Source: an uncultured Gemmatimonadales bacterium
Lineage (GTDB): Bacteria; Gemmatimonadota; Gemmatimonadetes; Longimicrobiales; RSA9
DNA length: 64,000 nt
NCBI GenBank assembly: GCA_963783305.1
Contig: CAWAMW010000002.1
Location: 704,001 to 768,000 of the forward strand
Direction: 5' to 3'
Shown here: piece by piece, positions 49,112 through 59,070 of the stretch
Numbering within the stretch: position 1 is the first letter of the stretch
Layout of the letters: each line of letters starts with the position of its first letter
The notes under the pieces: model-generated
The model's database searches: none
Seen by the model: only the letters and a program-made list of their open reading frames with translations
Told to the model about the DNA's origin: nothing
Translations under genes and position numbers: made by a program

Positions 49112-49642
49112 ATGATCGCATTGGCCCGTCCATTCGCAGTCGCCCTTGCCGCCGCCACGCTGTTGCCGGCCTCGACCGCCGCGCAGCAGCCGGCGGGCCA
49201 GGTGAACCAGCCTCGGCAGGACAGCGCCCGCGTCACGGATCGCATACACCCGGATCGCGCCGAGCACGCCCTCATCACCCGCAGCGGAGATTTCGCCCTC
49301 CTGATCGTGGGCGATGAGCTGCTCGCCCAGTTCACCGACCGCGGACTGGAGGAGTTCCGTGACGCCGAGGATGACGATGACAGCCTCGCCAGCCGGATCC
49401 TGGGCGCCATGGTGCGAGCGGGAATGCGTCAGCTCCTGGACAACGCCATCGCCATTCCCGTCGAGGAGATCGCTCGCGCCGAGGTTGTGGATGGCCGCCT
49501 CCTGCTGGAGGACGCCTCCGGAGAGGAATTCTTCGACCTTTCCGTCAACGGCCGCGACGTCATGGAGGATTTCGGCGAGCGGGAGGCCCGGGCATTCGCC
49601 AGCGAGCTCCGGGGCAGGGCGCGGGCGCTCAGGGCACCTTGA
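49112..49642 (+). CDS. Hypothetical exported protein
   Basis: RBS AGGAG; signal peptide. Confidence 0.65.
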   Translation: MIALARPFAVALAAATLLPASTAAQQPAGQVNQPRQDSARVTDRIHPDRAEHALITRSGDFALLIVGDELLAQFTDRGLEEFRDAEDDDDSLASRILGAMVRAGMRQLLDNAIAIPVEEIARAEVVDGRLLLEDASGEEFFDLSVNGRDVMEDFGEREARAFASELRGRARALRAP

Positions 49643-49733
49643 CCCGGCCGGCGGTTGCGGCGGCTTCCACGACCGGCACACATTACGCATCCTTCGGAAG
49701 AGAACCGGTGAAGCCCCGCGCCCCCCGACCGCC

Positions 49734-51974
49734 ATGCACCCCGAGATCCAGAAGCTCGATGTATCCAAGCGCCCCCCAAGGCTCCGATTCGACGGTCGGG
49801 TCCTCCTCCTGGTCGATGACGCCGACCTGATCCGGCGCCAGCTCCAGGGCGAGGATCTGGACCTCACGCCCGAGCTCCGGGATAAGCTCCGGGACCAGAT
49901 TTCCACCGACGAGATCACACCCGCCTACATCTGCTACTACTTCGACGAGACCCTCGGCCAGTTCCCGTACCTCGGGCTCCGCGCCGGCGGCGAGGCGCCC
50001 ATCGAGCGCGGGAGCGTGAAGAAGGGCGGGTTCGTGTGCAGTGTGGCCGGGAAGCGCCGCGGGAAGGGTAGCTCGCGCGAGCAGTCGCCCTACGCGGAGA
50101 TGATGGCCGGGATCCGCGTCGTCGTGGCGGAGAACATCGAGCGGATCTACAACGAGAACTGCCAGAACCTGGGGATCCTCACCTCCACCGACTTTTCCCT
50201 GATCGATCGGATCCGTGCCGGCGAGGAGATCGCCCTGACGGAGTTCACCGAAGGGGTGGACGCCATCACCCGTGAGATCATCCAGTACGGTGGCCTGTTC
50301 GAGTTCAACGTGGCCCGTCTCCAGGGCAGGGTCGAGATCCCCATGCTGGAGAGCCAACAGCTCGATATCGACGACAGCTCCGACTCCCACGACGCCGGCG
50401 AGGTGAAGAAGCTGCGCGGCGCCAGCGAGCACGAGGCGGGCCACGTCGCCTGGTCGCCCGAGGAGGCCGCCGAGGAGACGACCACCACCTCCCAGCCCAA
50501 CAACCCGGCGCCGAATCCCGCCGGCAACGGTCACCGCACCCACCGCGTCGGCGACCGCCCCATGACCGTGGCCGAGAAGATCTTCGCCCGCAACTGGGTC
50601 GTGGACGCGGCGAAAGGCGAGTACGGCGTTCCGTGGGTGAAGCCAGGCGACAGCGGCTTCGTCCGCACCGACTACCGCTTCAGCCACGAGTACGTGACCC
50701 CCATGGCGGCCATCTTCTTCGAGGAGAAGCTGGGCCCCGACGCGAAAGTCACCGACGCCAGCACCATCCTCATGTTCCGGGATCACCTCACCTACCTCCA
50801 CGAGGTGATGCCGCAGGAGCGCGTGCAGCTGGGGCTCCTGGACGTGGCCCGCCAGCTCAAGGACAAGCAGCAGCAGTTCGCCGAGAAGCAGGGCATCAAG
50901 CTGTACGGCGAGCGCATCGGCGCGCAGCTCGGCTCCGAGGCCATCTGCCATTCCAAGATGCTCGAGGAGTACGCCGAGCCCGGCCAGCTCATTGTGGGCA
51001 CCGACTCCCACACCCCCCACTCCGGCGCCATCGGCTGCATCGCCTTCGGCGTGGGCACCACCGCCATCTTCAACTCGTGGATCACCCGGGACGTCCGCGT
51101 GAACGTCCCGCCATCGTTCCGGGTGGTGATCAACGGCCGTAAGCCCGACCACGTCACGGCCAAGGACTTCATGCTGGAGATCTTGCGCCACCCGTACATC
51201 AAGGATGGCCACGCCATCGGTCAGATCATCGAGTACGCGGGCGAGGCGGTGGAGGCGCTGTCCATCGACGAACGCGCCACCATGACCAACATGGCCGCCG
51301 AGGTGGGGGCGTTCACCGGGATCGTTGCGCCCGACGCGAAGGCAGTGGACTACCTCGTCGCCGAGCGCGGGATGGATCGGGCGAAAGCGGAGCGGCTGGT
51401 GGAAGGCCTCCACAGCGATCCCGACGCCGAGTACGTGAAGACCATCGAGATGGACGCATCGATGATCCGGCCCATGGTGGCGCTCCCGGGCGACCCCGGC
51501 AATGGCCTCTACATGGACGAGTTGGCGCACGAGCCGGTCCGCATCGACGCCGCCTACGCGGGATCGTGCACGGCCGGGAAGAAGGAGGACATGGACATGT
51601 ACGCCCGCGTGCTGAAGGAGGCACAGGAACAGGGGCTCCGGGTCGCCAACGGCGTCCGCATGTACATCCAGTGTGGTTCACAGGAGGTGAAGGAGTACTG
51701 CCGCCAGCGAGGCTACCTCGATCTGTTCGAGGAAATCGGCGCCGAGTTCATCGAGCCCGGCTGCGGTGCGTGCATCGCCGCCGGACCCGGCACCAGCGCC
51801 TCCCCGGACGAGGTCACCATCAGCTCCCAGAACCGGAACTTCCCCGGCCGCTCCGGGCCCGGGCGCCTCTACCTGGCGTCCCCGTACGCCGTGGCCGCCT
51901 CCGCCATCGCCGGCCACGTCACCGGCTGGGAGCCGGGGAAGCCGTTGCGGCCGGCGGAGCCCGCGGGGGCCTGA
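49734..51974 (+). CDS. Aconitase-family hydro-lyase, fused LeuD-like swivel (N) and LeuC-like domain (C)
   Basis: ISTDEITP and GKGSSRE (swivel); DH, GTDSHT, GSCT, PGCGAC, NRNFPGR (large subunit). Confidence 0.9.
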   Translation: MHPEIQKLDVSKRPPRLRFDGRVLLLVDDADLIRRQLQGEDLDLTPELRDKLRDQISTDEITPAYICYYFDETLGQFPYLGLRAGGEAPIERGSVKKGGFVCSVAGKRRGKGSSREQSPYAEMMAGIRVVVAENIERIYNENCQNLGILTSTDFSLIDRIRAGEEIALTEFTEGVDAITREIIQYGGLFEFNVARLQGRVEIPMLESQQLDIDDSSDSHDAGEVKKLRGASEHEAGHVAWSPEEAAEETTTTSQPNNPAPNPAGNGHRTHRVGDRPMTVAEKIFARNWVVDAAKGEYGVPWVKPGDSGFVRTDYRFSHEYVTPMAAIFFEEKLGPDAKVTDASTILMFRDHLTYLHEVMPQERVQLGLLDVARQLKDKQQQFAEKQGIKLYGERIGAQLGSEAICHSKMLEEYAEPGQLIVGTDSHTPHSGAIGCIAFGVGTTAIFNSWITRDVRVNVPPSFRVVINGRKPDHVTAKDFMLEILRHPYIKDGHAIGQIIEYAGEAVEALSIDERATMTNMAAEVGAFTGIVAPDAKAVDYLVAERGMDRAKAERLVEGLHSDPDAEYVKTIEMDASMIRPMVALPGDPGNGLYMDELAHEPVRIDAAYAGSCTAGKKEDMDMYARVLKEAQEQGLRVANGVRMYIQCGSQEVKEYCRQRGYLDLFEEIGAEFIEPGCGACIAAGPGTSASPDEVTISSQNRNFPGRSGPGRLYLASPYAVAASAIAGHVTGWEPGKPLRPAEPAGA

Positions 51975-52036
51975 CCGCGTGGGGACCTGGATCCGGGCGC
52001 TGAATATCGCCGGGATCACAGAAGCACCCTTAAAGA

Positions 52037-52188
52037 CTTGTCACGAAGAGCTCGAAGGGTCAAAGCACGCGAAGGAAGAATCGGAGATCTCGGTGGACAG
52101 ATCCTCGCCGGCGGCTCCGGATCAGCCGGCCATGAATTTCTGAATCTGTTCTTCGAAGCCTTCGTTCCTTCGAGCTCTTCGTGTCAAG
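52037..52188. repeat. 22-bp imperfect inverted repeat bounding a 152-bp intergenic element
   Basis: CTTGTCACGAAGAGCTCGAAGG ... CCTTCGAGCTCTTCGTGTCAAG (one mismatch). Confidence 0.85.
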
Positions 52189-52231
52189 CCGTTCAGCTGT
52201 TGACGTTTCTGCCTGGAAGGAGACCCGGATC

Positions 52232-52699
52232 ATGACTGGTCGCGTAGAAGCACTCTGGCTGAAGCCCGAGGAGTATGGCCCCATGAAGCCCGTGGACGAG
52301 CTCCGGGTCGTTCGCAGGACCGGCATCGAGCACAACGCCGACTGGGGCGGCCAGCGGCAGGTCACCATCCTGGAGAAGGAGCGGTGGGACGCAATGTTGG
52401 CCGAGCTCGGCGATCCCGACGTGGATCCCGCCGCCCGACGCGCTAACGTCCTCGTCTCCGGCTGCGACCTCGCCGACTCCACGCACCGGGTCCTCCGGAT
52501 CGGCACGGTCCGGATCGAGATCCGGGGCGAGACCCGCCCATGCGAACGCATGGACCAGGCGCACCAGGGGCTCCGCCGCGCCATGGCCGCGCCCTGGAAC
52601 GGCGGCGCCTACGGGATCGTGCTCGACGATGGCGCCATCCGCGTCGGCGACGACGTGGAGATACTGGCGGACGTCCCGGATCCGGCCGGGACGTCGTAG
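52232..52699 (+). CDS. MOSC domain protein
   Basis: RQVT, RRAN.LV.G, ETRPCERM, G.I.VGD. Confidence 0.85.
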   Translation: MTGRVEALWLKPEEYGPMKPVDELRVVRRTGIEHNADWGGQRQVTILEKERWDAMLAELGDPDVDPAARRANVLVSGCDLADSTHRVLRIGTVRIEIRGETRPCERMDQAHQGLRRAMAAPWNGGAYGIVLDDGAIRVGDDVEILADVPDPAGTS

Positions 52700-52748
52700 C
52701 GACTGGACCGGGCGGGCTGCAGGTGTCGCCTCCCTCGCCCGCCTCGCA

Positions 52749-53315
52749 TCACCCCCCGCCACCCGGCCAGTCCGTGTCGCCGGTGCGCGTCAGGTTCATC
52801 TCGAAAAAGCGCACGGGCTCCTGCCCCGGCACCATCCGCTCCCCCACTTCCCGCCACGTCACTCCGCTGATCACCGCCGTGTACCGGATCGTGGCGGGCC
52901 CCGCCCGGATCTCCCAGATGTAGCCGTCCGCGGTGGGCGTCACCGGGAAGTCCCCCGCCTGGCCCTGCGCGTACGATCGCATGCTGTACCTACCCGTGGC
53001 CGGGTCGTACGAGATCACGCCGAGCGCGTTGAAGATCAGCTGCCCGTCCGCGTCGTATCCCCGCCCTTCCACCACCTTGACCGCGCCCCCGAGCATGGGC
53101 CCCGCCCTCTCCGTCTGGTCGATCTCGTGCGTCTCGCCCGACGGCAGCGTCATTCTCGCCTCTCCGCGCCACGTACCGTCCATGCTCGACAGCTTCGCCA
53201 GCGCGTCCCGCTGCGCAGCCACGAGCGCCGCGGGATCCGGTCGCTGTGCCGACACCGCTGAGGGGATGAACAACGCTGCGCACAACACGACTTGGAGCCC
53301 TGCCGATATCCTCAT
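52749..53315 (-). CDS. Exported hypothetical protein (DUF1579-like beta-barrel)
   Basis: Signal peptide; GTWRGEA; FFEMNL.R. Confidence 0.6.
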   Translation of the reverse strand: MRISAGLQVVLCAALFIPSAVSAQRPDPAALVAAQRDALAKLSSMDGTWRGEARMTLPSGETHEIDQTERAGPMLGGAVKVVEGRGYDADGQLIFNALGVISYDPATGRYSMRSYAQGQAGDFPVTPTADGYIWEIRAGPATIRYTAVISGVTWREVGERMVPGQEPVRFFEMNLTRTGDTDWPGGGG

Positions 53316-53614
53316 TTACGCTCTCCGATCATCGCTTCGAGTCGATCCACATAGTGCCGAAAGGCCTCGGTGCCTTCCGACGTCAGGGCGTAGCGCGTCA
53401 CCGGCTTCCGGTCCTCGAACCGTTTGTCCACCGACACGTAACCCGCCTCTTCCAGCTTCTTGAGGTGCGCGCCCAGGTTACCGTCCGTCGCACCGGTCCG
53501 GTCCCGCAGGTACGTGAACTCCGCATCCTCCACCCCCGCCAGGATCGACATCACGGCGAGCCGGATCCGGGCGTGGATCACGTCGTTCAGCCGCTGGTAG
53601 TCGAACTCGCTCAT
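53312..53614 (-). CDS. Winged-helix transcriptional regulator (HTH_34/MarR-like)
   Basis: IHARIRLAVMS, TDGNLGAHLKKLEEAGYV, KP.T.Y.LT..G. Confidence 0.9.
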   Translation of the reverse strand: MSEFDYQRLNDVIHARIRLAVMSILAGVEDAEFTYLRDRTGATDGNLGAHLKKLEEAGYVSVDKRFEDRKPVTRYALTSEGTEAFRHYVDRLEAMIGERK

Positions 53615-54243
53615 GCCACGTCCAGCGCCCCCCCGCCTTTCGTGCCGGCCGCGCGCCGTCGCGCCGCCCCGTTCAATACCACTCCGGGCACCACCAGCAG
53701 CAGCACCGCCATCGCCGCCATGAGTAGCAGCGAGTAGGGGCCGCTCAGGAACAGCATCACCCCGCCACCCAGCCACCAGCCGGCCGCGACCAGCCCCAGC
53801 CAGCGCTCCCCCGTGAGCACCATCGTCACCAGCACGGGCGCGCCGATCACCGCGCTCATCACACCCGGCAGCGCCACATCGCTCAGGACCCCGCCCCACA
53901 TTCCCGCCAGCCCCAACAGCGTCAGCGATACGGCGGACGCCACCCACACCCCCGTCATCAGTCGACGCGCCAGCGTCCGCACCCGCGGGGACCGCCCGTC
54001 ACGCCACCCCACCCACGCCGACGACCCCCAGCCCACCACCAGCAGCGCGCTCCACACCAGCCCCGGGTGCGGATAGGTCGCTCCACCCGCGGCCACGAAC
54101 GCGTACGTCAGCACGGCGCCAATGGCGCTCACCACACCCCAGATGATGAAGTGCTTCCCCCGGTCCACGACCTCCCGCCGCCCGTCCTCCATCAGCTGGC
54201 GGATCATCTCCAGGTCCTCGCGTGCGCTCTGCTCCGACCTCAT
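53611..54243 (-). CDS. Membrane protein cotranscribed with the regulator
   Basis: EDLEMIRQLME N-terminus, about six TM helices. Confidence 0.75.
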   Translation of the reverse strand: MRSEQSAREDLEMIRQLMEDGRREVVDRGKHFIIWGVVSAIGAVLTYAFVAAGGATYPHPGLVWSALLVVGWGSSAWVGWRDGRSPRVRTLARRLMTGVWVASAVSLTLLGLAGMWGGVLSDVALPGVMSAVIGAPVLVTMVLTGERWLGLVAAGWWLGGGVMLFLSGPYSLLLMAAMAVLLLVVPGVVLNGAARRRAAGTKGGGALDVA

Positions 54244-54271
54244 GGTGCCCCTTCCGATTAGAGTACTCTGT

Positions 54272-54300
54272 ATAATAGAGCCGGTGGGGGCCACTGTCAA
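54272..54300 (-). promoter_or_regulatory. Sigma70 promoter with overlapping palindromic operator
   Basis: Minus strand TTGACA-17 bp-TATTAT; palindromes CTCT-N7-AGAG and AGAGTACTCT overlap the -10/+1 region. Confidence 0.7.
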
Positions 54301-54344
54301 TATTTCCATTTGCACCCCTGGAGCCGTCGCGCGACCTTCCCGCC

Positions 54345-55151
54345 ATGTCATCGGACCCCGAGATCCAGATCCGCTTCCGCGGCCCCCTGGTGGAAGCTCG
54401 CTTTGTGGAGCGCCCCAACCGTTTCCTCCTCCGGTGCGAGCTCGCCCGGTCCGCGGACTTGACGCCCGCCAGGATCCGCGAGCGCGCGCCCGGCGTCCCG
54501 GATGCCGACGACGAGGAGTGCGTGGTGGAAGTCCACATGGCGGACCCCGGTCGTCTGAAGGAGCTGCTCATCCCCGAGAAGCGCGTCTGGATTCGCCACG
54601 CGGCATCCCCCAGCCGCAGAACCGACTGGAGCGCCGTCCTGGTAGAGTCACCGGACGGCAGCGGCCTCGTCTCGCTGAACACCACGCTGCCCAACCGGCT
54701 GATCCACCGGGCGCTGGAGGCCCGTGCCCTGGAAGAGCTCGAGGGGTGGGAGCTGGAGCGCGCTGAGTTCGCCATGGGTCGCTCCCGGATCGACTTCCTG
54801 CTCGCGCGGGAGCCATCGCGCAAGCTCGCGCTGGAAGTGAAGAGCGTGACCCTGGTGGAGGGCGGCGTGGCGCTCTTCCCGGATGCCGTGACCGCACGTG
54901 GCGCCCGCCACGTCCGCGAGCTCACCGCCATCGCCGGCACCGTCGACGATTCAGGCGCGCGCTGGGAGGCCGCGATCCTGTTCGTGCTTCAGCGCGACGA
55001 CGCCCACCGAATCGAGGCCGCCCGCTCGATCGACCCGGACTTCGCCGACGCGCTGGCGGAGGCGAAGGCGGCCGGGGTCCGGATCCTCGGACGCCGGTGC
55101 CACGTGACCACGGAGGGCCTGGCGCTGGGGCCGCCCGTCCCCGCCTCGTGA
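54345..55151 (+). CDS. sfsA: DNA/RNA nuclease SfsA
   Basis: RPNRF, H..DPGRLKELL, SRIDF, EVKSVTLV, FPDAVTARG.RH.REL. Confidence 0.92.
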   Translation: MSSDPEIQIRFRGPLVEARFVERPNRFLLRCELARSADLTPARIRERAPGVPDADDEECVVEVHMADPGRLKELLIPEKRVWIRHAASPSRRTDWSAVLVESPDGSGLVSLNTTLPNRLIHRALEARALEELEGWELERAEFAMGRSRIDFLLAREPSRKLALEVKSVTLVEGGVALFPDAVTARGARHVRELTAIAGTVDDSGARWEAAILFVLQRDDAHRIEAARSIDPDFADALAEAKAAGVRILGRRCHVTTEGLALGPPVPAS

Positions 55152-55167
55152 GGGTCCGCGGCCCGCC

Positions 55168-56055
55168 CTACGGCAGCTCCAGGAGCACGCCTTCACTCAC
55201 GCCCACGTTCGGCACCACCACTTCCTCCGCCCCCGCCAGCTCCGCCACCCGCAGGTAGATCCGACCGGCGGGCACGATCACATCCGCGCGGTCCGGCCGG
55301 AGGCCGAGCTCCGCGATGCGCCGATCGTAGGACAGCGCCTCGACCCTCGCCATCGTCTCCCTCAGCGCCTCCAGCCCGACTCGCGCGGCGCCCGTCGCGT
55401 CCGGTTCCGCGCCGCTCAGCTCCGCCAGCGTCTCGATGTTCCCGCCGGTAGCGAGCACGCCTTCGAGCTCGTCCGAACGCGGCAGCGCGAGCTCCTCGTC
55501 CAGCCGCCTCAACGCCTCACCCACGCTGTCGCTGTCCCCTCCCTCTGCGCGCTCCAGCAGCCGCACCGTACCGAGCGGGTACGTGGCCGACCGCTCCAGC
55601 GCGGCGTCGTGGGTGATCGACACCTCCAGGCTGCCGCCCCCCAGGTCCACCAGCACCCACCGGCCCTCCACGTCCAGCCGGTGGCGAACCGCCCGCCAGA
55701 CCAGCCGCGCCTCCTCGGCGCCATCGATGACTTCGATCTCGATGCCGGCCTCCTGCCGCGACCGATCGACCAGCTCACCGCCGTTCTCCGCGTCCCGCAC
55801 CGCGCTCGTCGCAACGGCCCGGTGTCGCGTCACCCCGTACGCGTCCATCCTCCGGCGGAACTCCACCAGCGCCTCCACAGCCGCATCCAGGTTCTCGTCC
55901 GTCAGCCGTCCGGTGAGGAACGTGCTGTGGCCGAGCCGCACCGGCGCCCGCAGGTAGTCGAGTCGTTCCGGCTCGCCATCCGATCCCGTCCGCGCGATCG
56001 TGATCCTCATCGCGTTCGACCCGATGTCCACCGCCGCCATCCTGCCGTCTTCCAT
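55168..56055 (-). CDS. Ppx/GppA family phosphatase (short form)
   Basis: VDIGSNAMR, VATSAVRDAEN, EEARL, DLGGGSLE, RADVI. Confidence 0.9.
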   Translation of the reverse strand: MEDGRMAAVDIGSNAMRITIARTGSDGEPERLDYLRAPVRLGHSTFLTGRLTDENLDAAVEALVEFRRRMDAYGVTRHRAVATSAVRDAENGGELVDRSRQEAGIEIEVIDGAEEARLVWRAVRHRLDVEGRWVLVDLGGGSLEVSITHDAALERSATYPLGTVRLLERAEGGDSDSVGEALRRLDEELALPRSDELEGVLATGGNIETLAELSGAEPDATGAARVGLEALRETMARVEALSYDRRIAELGLRPDRADVIVPAGRIYLRVAELAGAEEVVVPNVGVSEGVLLELP

Positions 56056-56102
56056 CTCGCTCCTCACTTCGATTTGCGATGTCCCGCACGCCCTGCCCCG
56101 CA

Positions 56103-56130
56103 AACCGTGAACCGTGTACCGTGAACCGTG
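56103..56130. repeat. Heptamer tandem repeat (AACCGTG)x4
   Basis: aaccgtg aaccgtg taccgtg aaccgtg in a divergent intergenic region. Confidence 0.85.
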
Positions 56131-56203
56131 AACGGCGCCGCAGCCGCCCTGGGCGCAGCCGCGCAGTTTGCCGTCTCCCGCCCGCCCCGCATACCTTCCT
56201 GCC

Positions 56204-58888
56204 ATGCACACTCGCCGGACCCTCCTTACAGCCCTGACCACACTCCTCCTCGCCGCGCCCGCCGCGGCCGGAGGTCAGTCCCTCGTTCCCGACTACGACG
56301 GCGCCGCCGCCACCGGCCTCGCCCTCCGTCGGCTCGGCACCACCGCCCGCGTGCTCCACATCGGCGCCCACCCCGACGACGAGAACACCGCCCTCTTCGC
56401 GCCGCTCGCCCTCGGCCGCGGCGTGGACGTTGCCTACCTCTCCCTCACCCGCGGCGAAGGCGGACAGAACGGCATCGGCCCGGAGCTGGGCGTCGCGCTG
56501 GGCGTGATCCGGAGTGAGGAACTCCTGGCCGCCCGTCGGCTGGATGGCGGAGAGCAGTTCTTCACCCGCGCCATCGATTACGGCTACTCCAAGAACGCAG
56601 AGGAGGCGTTCCGCCACTGGCCCCGGGACACGCTCCTGGCTGACGTGGTCGCGGTCATTCGGCACTACCGGCCGGACGTAGTGGTGAGCGTATGGAGCGG
56701 CACGCCGCGCGACGGCCACGGCCAGCACGAGGCCTCCGGCATCATCGCCCGGGAGGCCGTCATCGCCGCGGCCGACCCCAGCCGCTTCCCGGAACAGATC
56801 GAGGCGGGGCTCCACCCCCACGAGACGGCCCTCTACTATCGGTCCGCCTGGTTCTCCGAGGGGCCGCCCGACGTGGAGCTGAACACCGGCGAGCTGGATC
56901 CGCTGCTCGGCGCGTCCTACCACCAGATCGCCATGGCCAGCCGGAGCCGACACCGGTCGCAGGACCAGGGCCGCCGCCTCGATCCCGGCCCGCGCCGAAC
57001 CGCGTTCGACCTCGTCGACCCCACCGCACCGGTCGAGGTGGCCGAGATCCGGTCCTTCGGCCGCTACGGCGAAGGGGCGCCGGAAAGTACCCGCTCGCTG
57101 TTCGAGGGCGTGGACACCCTCCTGTCCCAGCGCGCCGACCACCTCGCCCGCCTCGCAGAGGGTGAAACCCGACATGCCCTCGAGCAGAGCGCCCGCCGAT
57201 TCCGCGCGTACGAAGAGCTCGTGCGGGGGGCGCGCGAAAGCTTCGATCCGTTCTCTCCGTGGACGGTCGTGCCTGCCCTGCTGGAGGCCCAGGACCTCCT
57301 GATCGACGCGGCCGTCCCCGGCAGCCTCTCCTTCCACGCGCGGCAGGAGATGGAAGACCTCCAGGACGCGCTGCTCTCGGCCGCCAATATCGAGCTGGAG
57401 GTCGTCGCGGACGAGTCCCGCGTGGTGGCCGGACAGACCTTTCGCCTCACACTCTCCGCGTGGAACGGCAGCCCCACGCCCGTGACGGTCGTCATGGTCC
57501 CAATGTTCCGCGGCGGCCTCCACGAAGAGCTGATAGAGGGGGTCGACCGGAGTACCGTGGCGCCGGGCGAACGAGCGACCGCCACCTGGGCCGTAACGGT
57601 GGCCCCGGGCGCACCCCTCACCATGCCCTACTATCTCGACCCGAGGGAGCCCGCGCCGGTAGACCTGTACAGCTGGCCGGTGATCACGCGCCCCATCACA
57701 CACCGCGGGCTCGCGGTCCAGGGGCTCCCCTTCTCTCAGCCACCGGTCCGGGGGTTCTTCGCGGTGGATCTCGCCCAGGGCCACCGCTCAGTACCCGCCG
57801 CCCGACCGGCGTCCTGGATCGGCGTCGATGCCCGCGACGGCGAGTACCGGGAGCCGGTCAAGATCGTGCCGGCCGTCTCGGTCGCCATGGAGCCGGAGCT
57901 CGCCGTCCTCCCGCTGTCCACACCGGACCGGCCACTCCCGTTCACCATCCGCCTCCGGAGCCAGGCCGCCGACACCATCGCCGGCGACCTGCGCCCACTC
58001 GTTCCCGCCGGCTGGAGGGCTAGCCCGGAGTCCCTGGCCGTGACGCTCGAGCCAGGCGCCGACCACGCCTTCGATTTCGAGATTACCCCGCCCGCAGGCA
58101 TAACGGCCGGCGAGTACGAGATCGAGTCCGAGCTCCTGGCGGAGGACGGCACCCGCTACGATCTCGGGTACGACGTGGTCGACTACCCACACATCGCGCC
58201 CCACCATCTCTACAGCACCGCCCGCGCACGCGTGCGAGCGGTGGACGTGGAAGTCGCGGACGTACGGGTCGGCTACGTCATGGGCGCCGGCGATGGCGTC
58301 CCGGAGGCCCTCGACCAGCTCGGCGTCGACTGGTCGCTCCTCGATGACGGCGCCCTGACGAACGCCGACCTCTCCCGATTCGATGTCATCATCACGGGGA
58401 TCCGTGCCTACGAGGTGAATGACGCCCTCGTCGCCTCCAACCAGCGGCTCCTGGACTGGGCTCGCCGCGGCGGCACCCTCATCGTCCAGTACAACAAGTA
58501 CCCCGCCCTTTCCCGCGACTACGCGCCCTGGCCCGTCACCATCGCCCGCCCCCACGGCCGGGTCACGGACGAGACCGCGGCCGTCACCGTGCTCGAGCCG
58601 ACACACCCCGTCTTCACCACCCCCAACGGCATCGGCACGGCCGACTGGCAGGGCTGGGTCCAGGAGCGCGGGCTCTACTTCTGGGATACCTGGGACGGAC
58701 CACTCACGCCGCTGCTCGCCATGAGCGATCCCGGTGAGGAGCCGCTGACCGGCTCACTGCTGGTGGCTCCGATCGGTCAGGGGACCTACGTCTACACCGC
58801 ACTCGCTTTCTTCCGGCAGCTGCCCGAGGGCGTACCCGGCGCCTACCGTCTCCTGGCCAACCTCATCTCCCTCGGAGCCGACAGGTGA
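56204..58888 (+). CDS. Exported PIG-L family deacetylase with NEW3-like and GATase-like C-terminal domains
   Basis: Signal peptide; AHPDDE, TRGEGGQN, HGQH, HRSQ. Confidence 0.88.
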   Translation: MHTRRTLLTALTTLLLAAPAAAGGQSLVPDYDGAAATGLALRRLGTTARVLHIGAHPDDENTALFAPLALGRGVDVAYLSLTRGEGGQNGIGPELGVALGVIRSEELLAARRLDGGEQFFTRAIDYGYSKNAEEAFRHWPRDTLLADVVAVIRHYRPDVVVSVWSGTPRDGHGQHEASGIIAREAVIAAADPSRFPEQIEAGLHPHETALYYRSAWFSEGPPDVELNTGELDPLLGASYHQIAMASRSRHRSQDQGRRLDPGPRRTAFDLVDPTAPVEVAEIRSFGRYGEGAPESTRSLFEGVDTLLSQRADHLARLAEGETRHALEQSARRFRAYEELVRGARESFDPFSPWTVVPALLEAQDLLIDAAVPGSLSFHARQEMEDLQDALLSAANIELEVVADESRVVAGQTFRLTLSAWNGSPTPVTVVMVPMFRGGLHEELIEGVDRSTVAPGERATATWAVTVAPGAPLTMPYYLDPREPAPVDLYSWPVITRPITHRGLAVQGLPFSQPPVRGFFAVDLAQGHRSVPAARPASWIGVDARDGEYREPVKIVPAVSVAMEPELAVLPLSTPDRPLPFTIRLRSQAADTIAGDLRPLVPAGWRASPESLAVTLEPGADHAFDFEITPPAGITAGEYEIESELLAEDGTRYDLGYDVVDYPHIAPHHLYSTARARVRAVDVEVADVRVGYVMGAGDGVPEALDQLGVDWSLLDDGALTNADLSRFDVIITGIRAYEVNDALVASNQRLLDWARRGGTLIVQYNKYPALSRDYAPWPVTIARPHGRVTDETAAVTVLEPTHPVFTTPNGIGTADWQGWVQERGLYFWDTWDGPLTPLLAMSDPGEEPLTGSLLVAPIGQGTYVYTALAFFRQLPEGVPGAYRLLANLISLGADR

Positions 58889-59070
58889 CCGACGCCCCCT
58901 GGAACCGCGACGGCCCGCACGACCCCGATCCGGCGCCCGGCGCCCCCGAGCGGCTGCCGCCGGAGGTGCGAAAGCGGAAGGCGCGCTGGCTGTTCGCGCG
59001 CGTAGTCATCGTGCAGGTCGTCGCCCTGGCCGCACTCTGGCTCCTCCAGGCCACGTACGGAAGCCCATAG
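58885..59070 (+). CDS. Small single-TM protein preceding the symporter
   Basis: Overlaps both neighbours; C-terminal hydrophobic helix. Confidence 0.6.
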   Translation: MTDAPWNRDGPHDPDPAPGAPERLPPEVRKRKARWLFARVVIVQVVALAALWLLQATYGSP

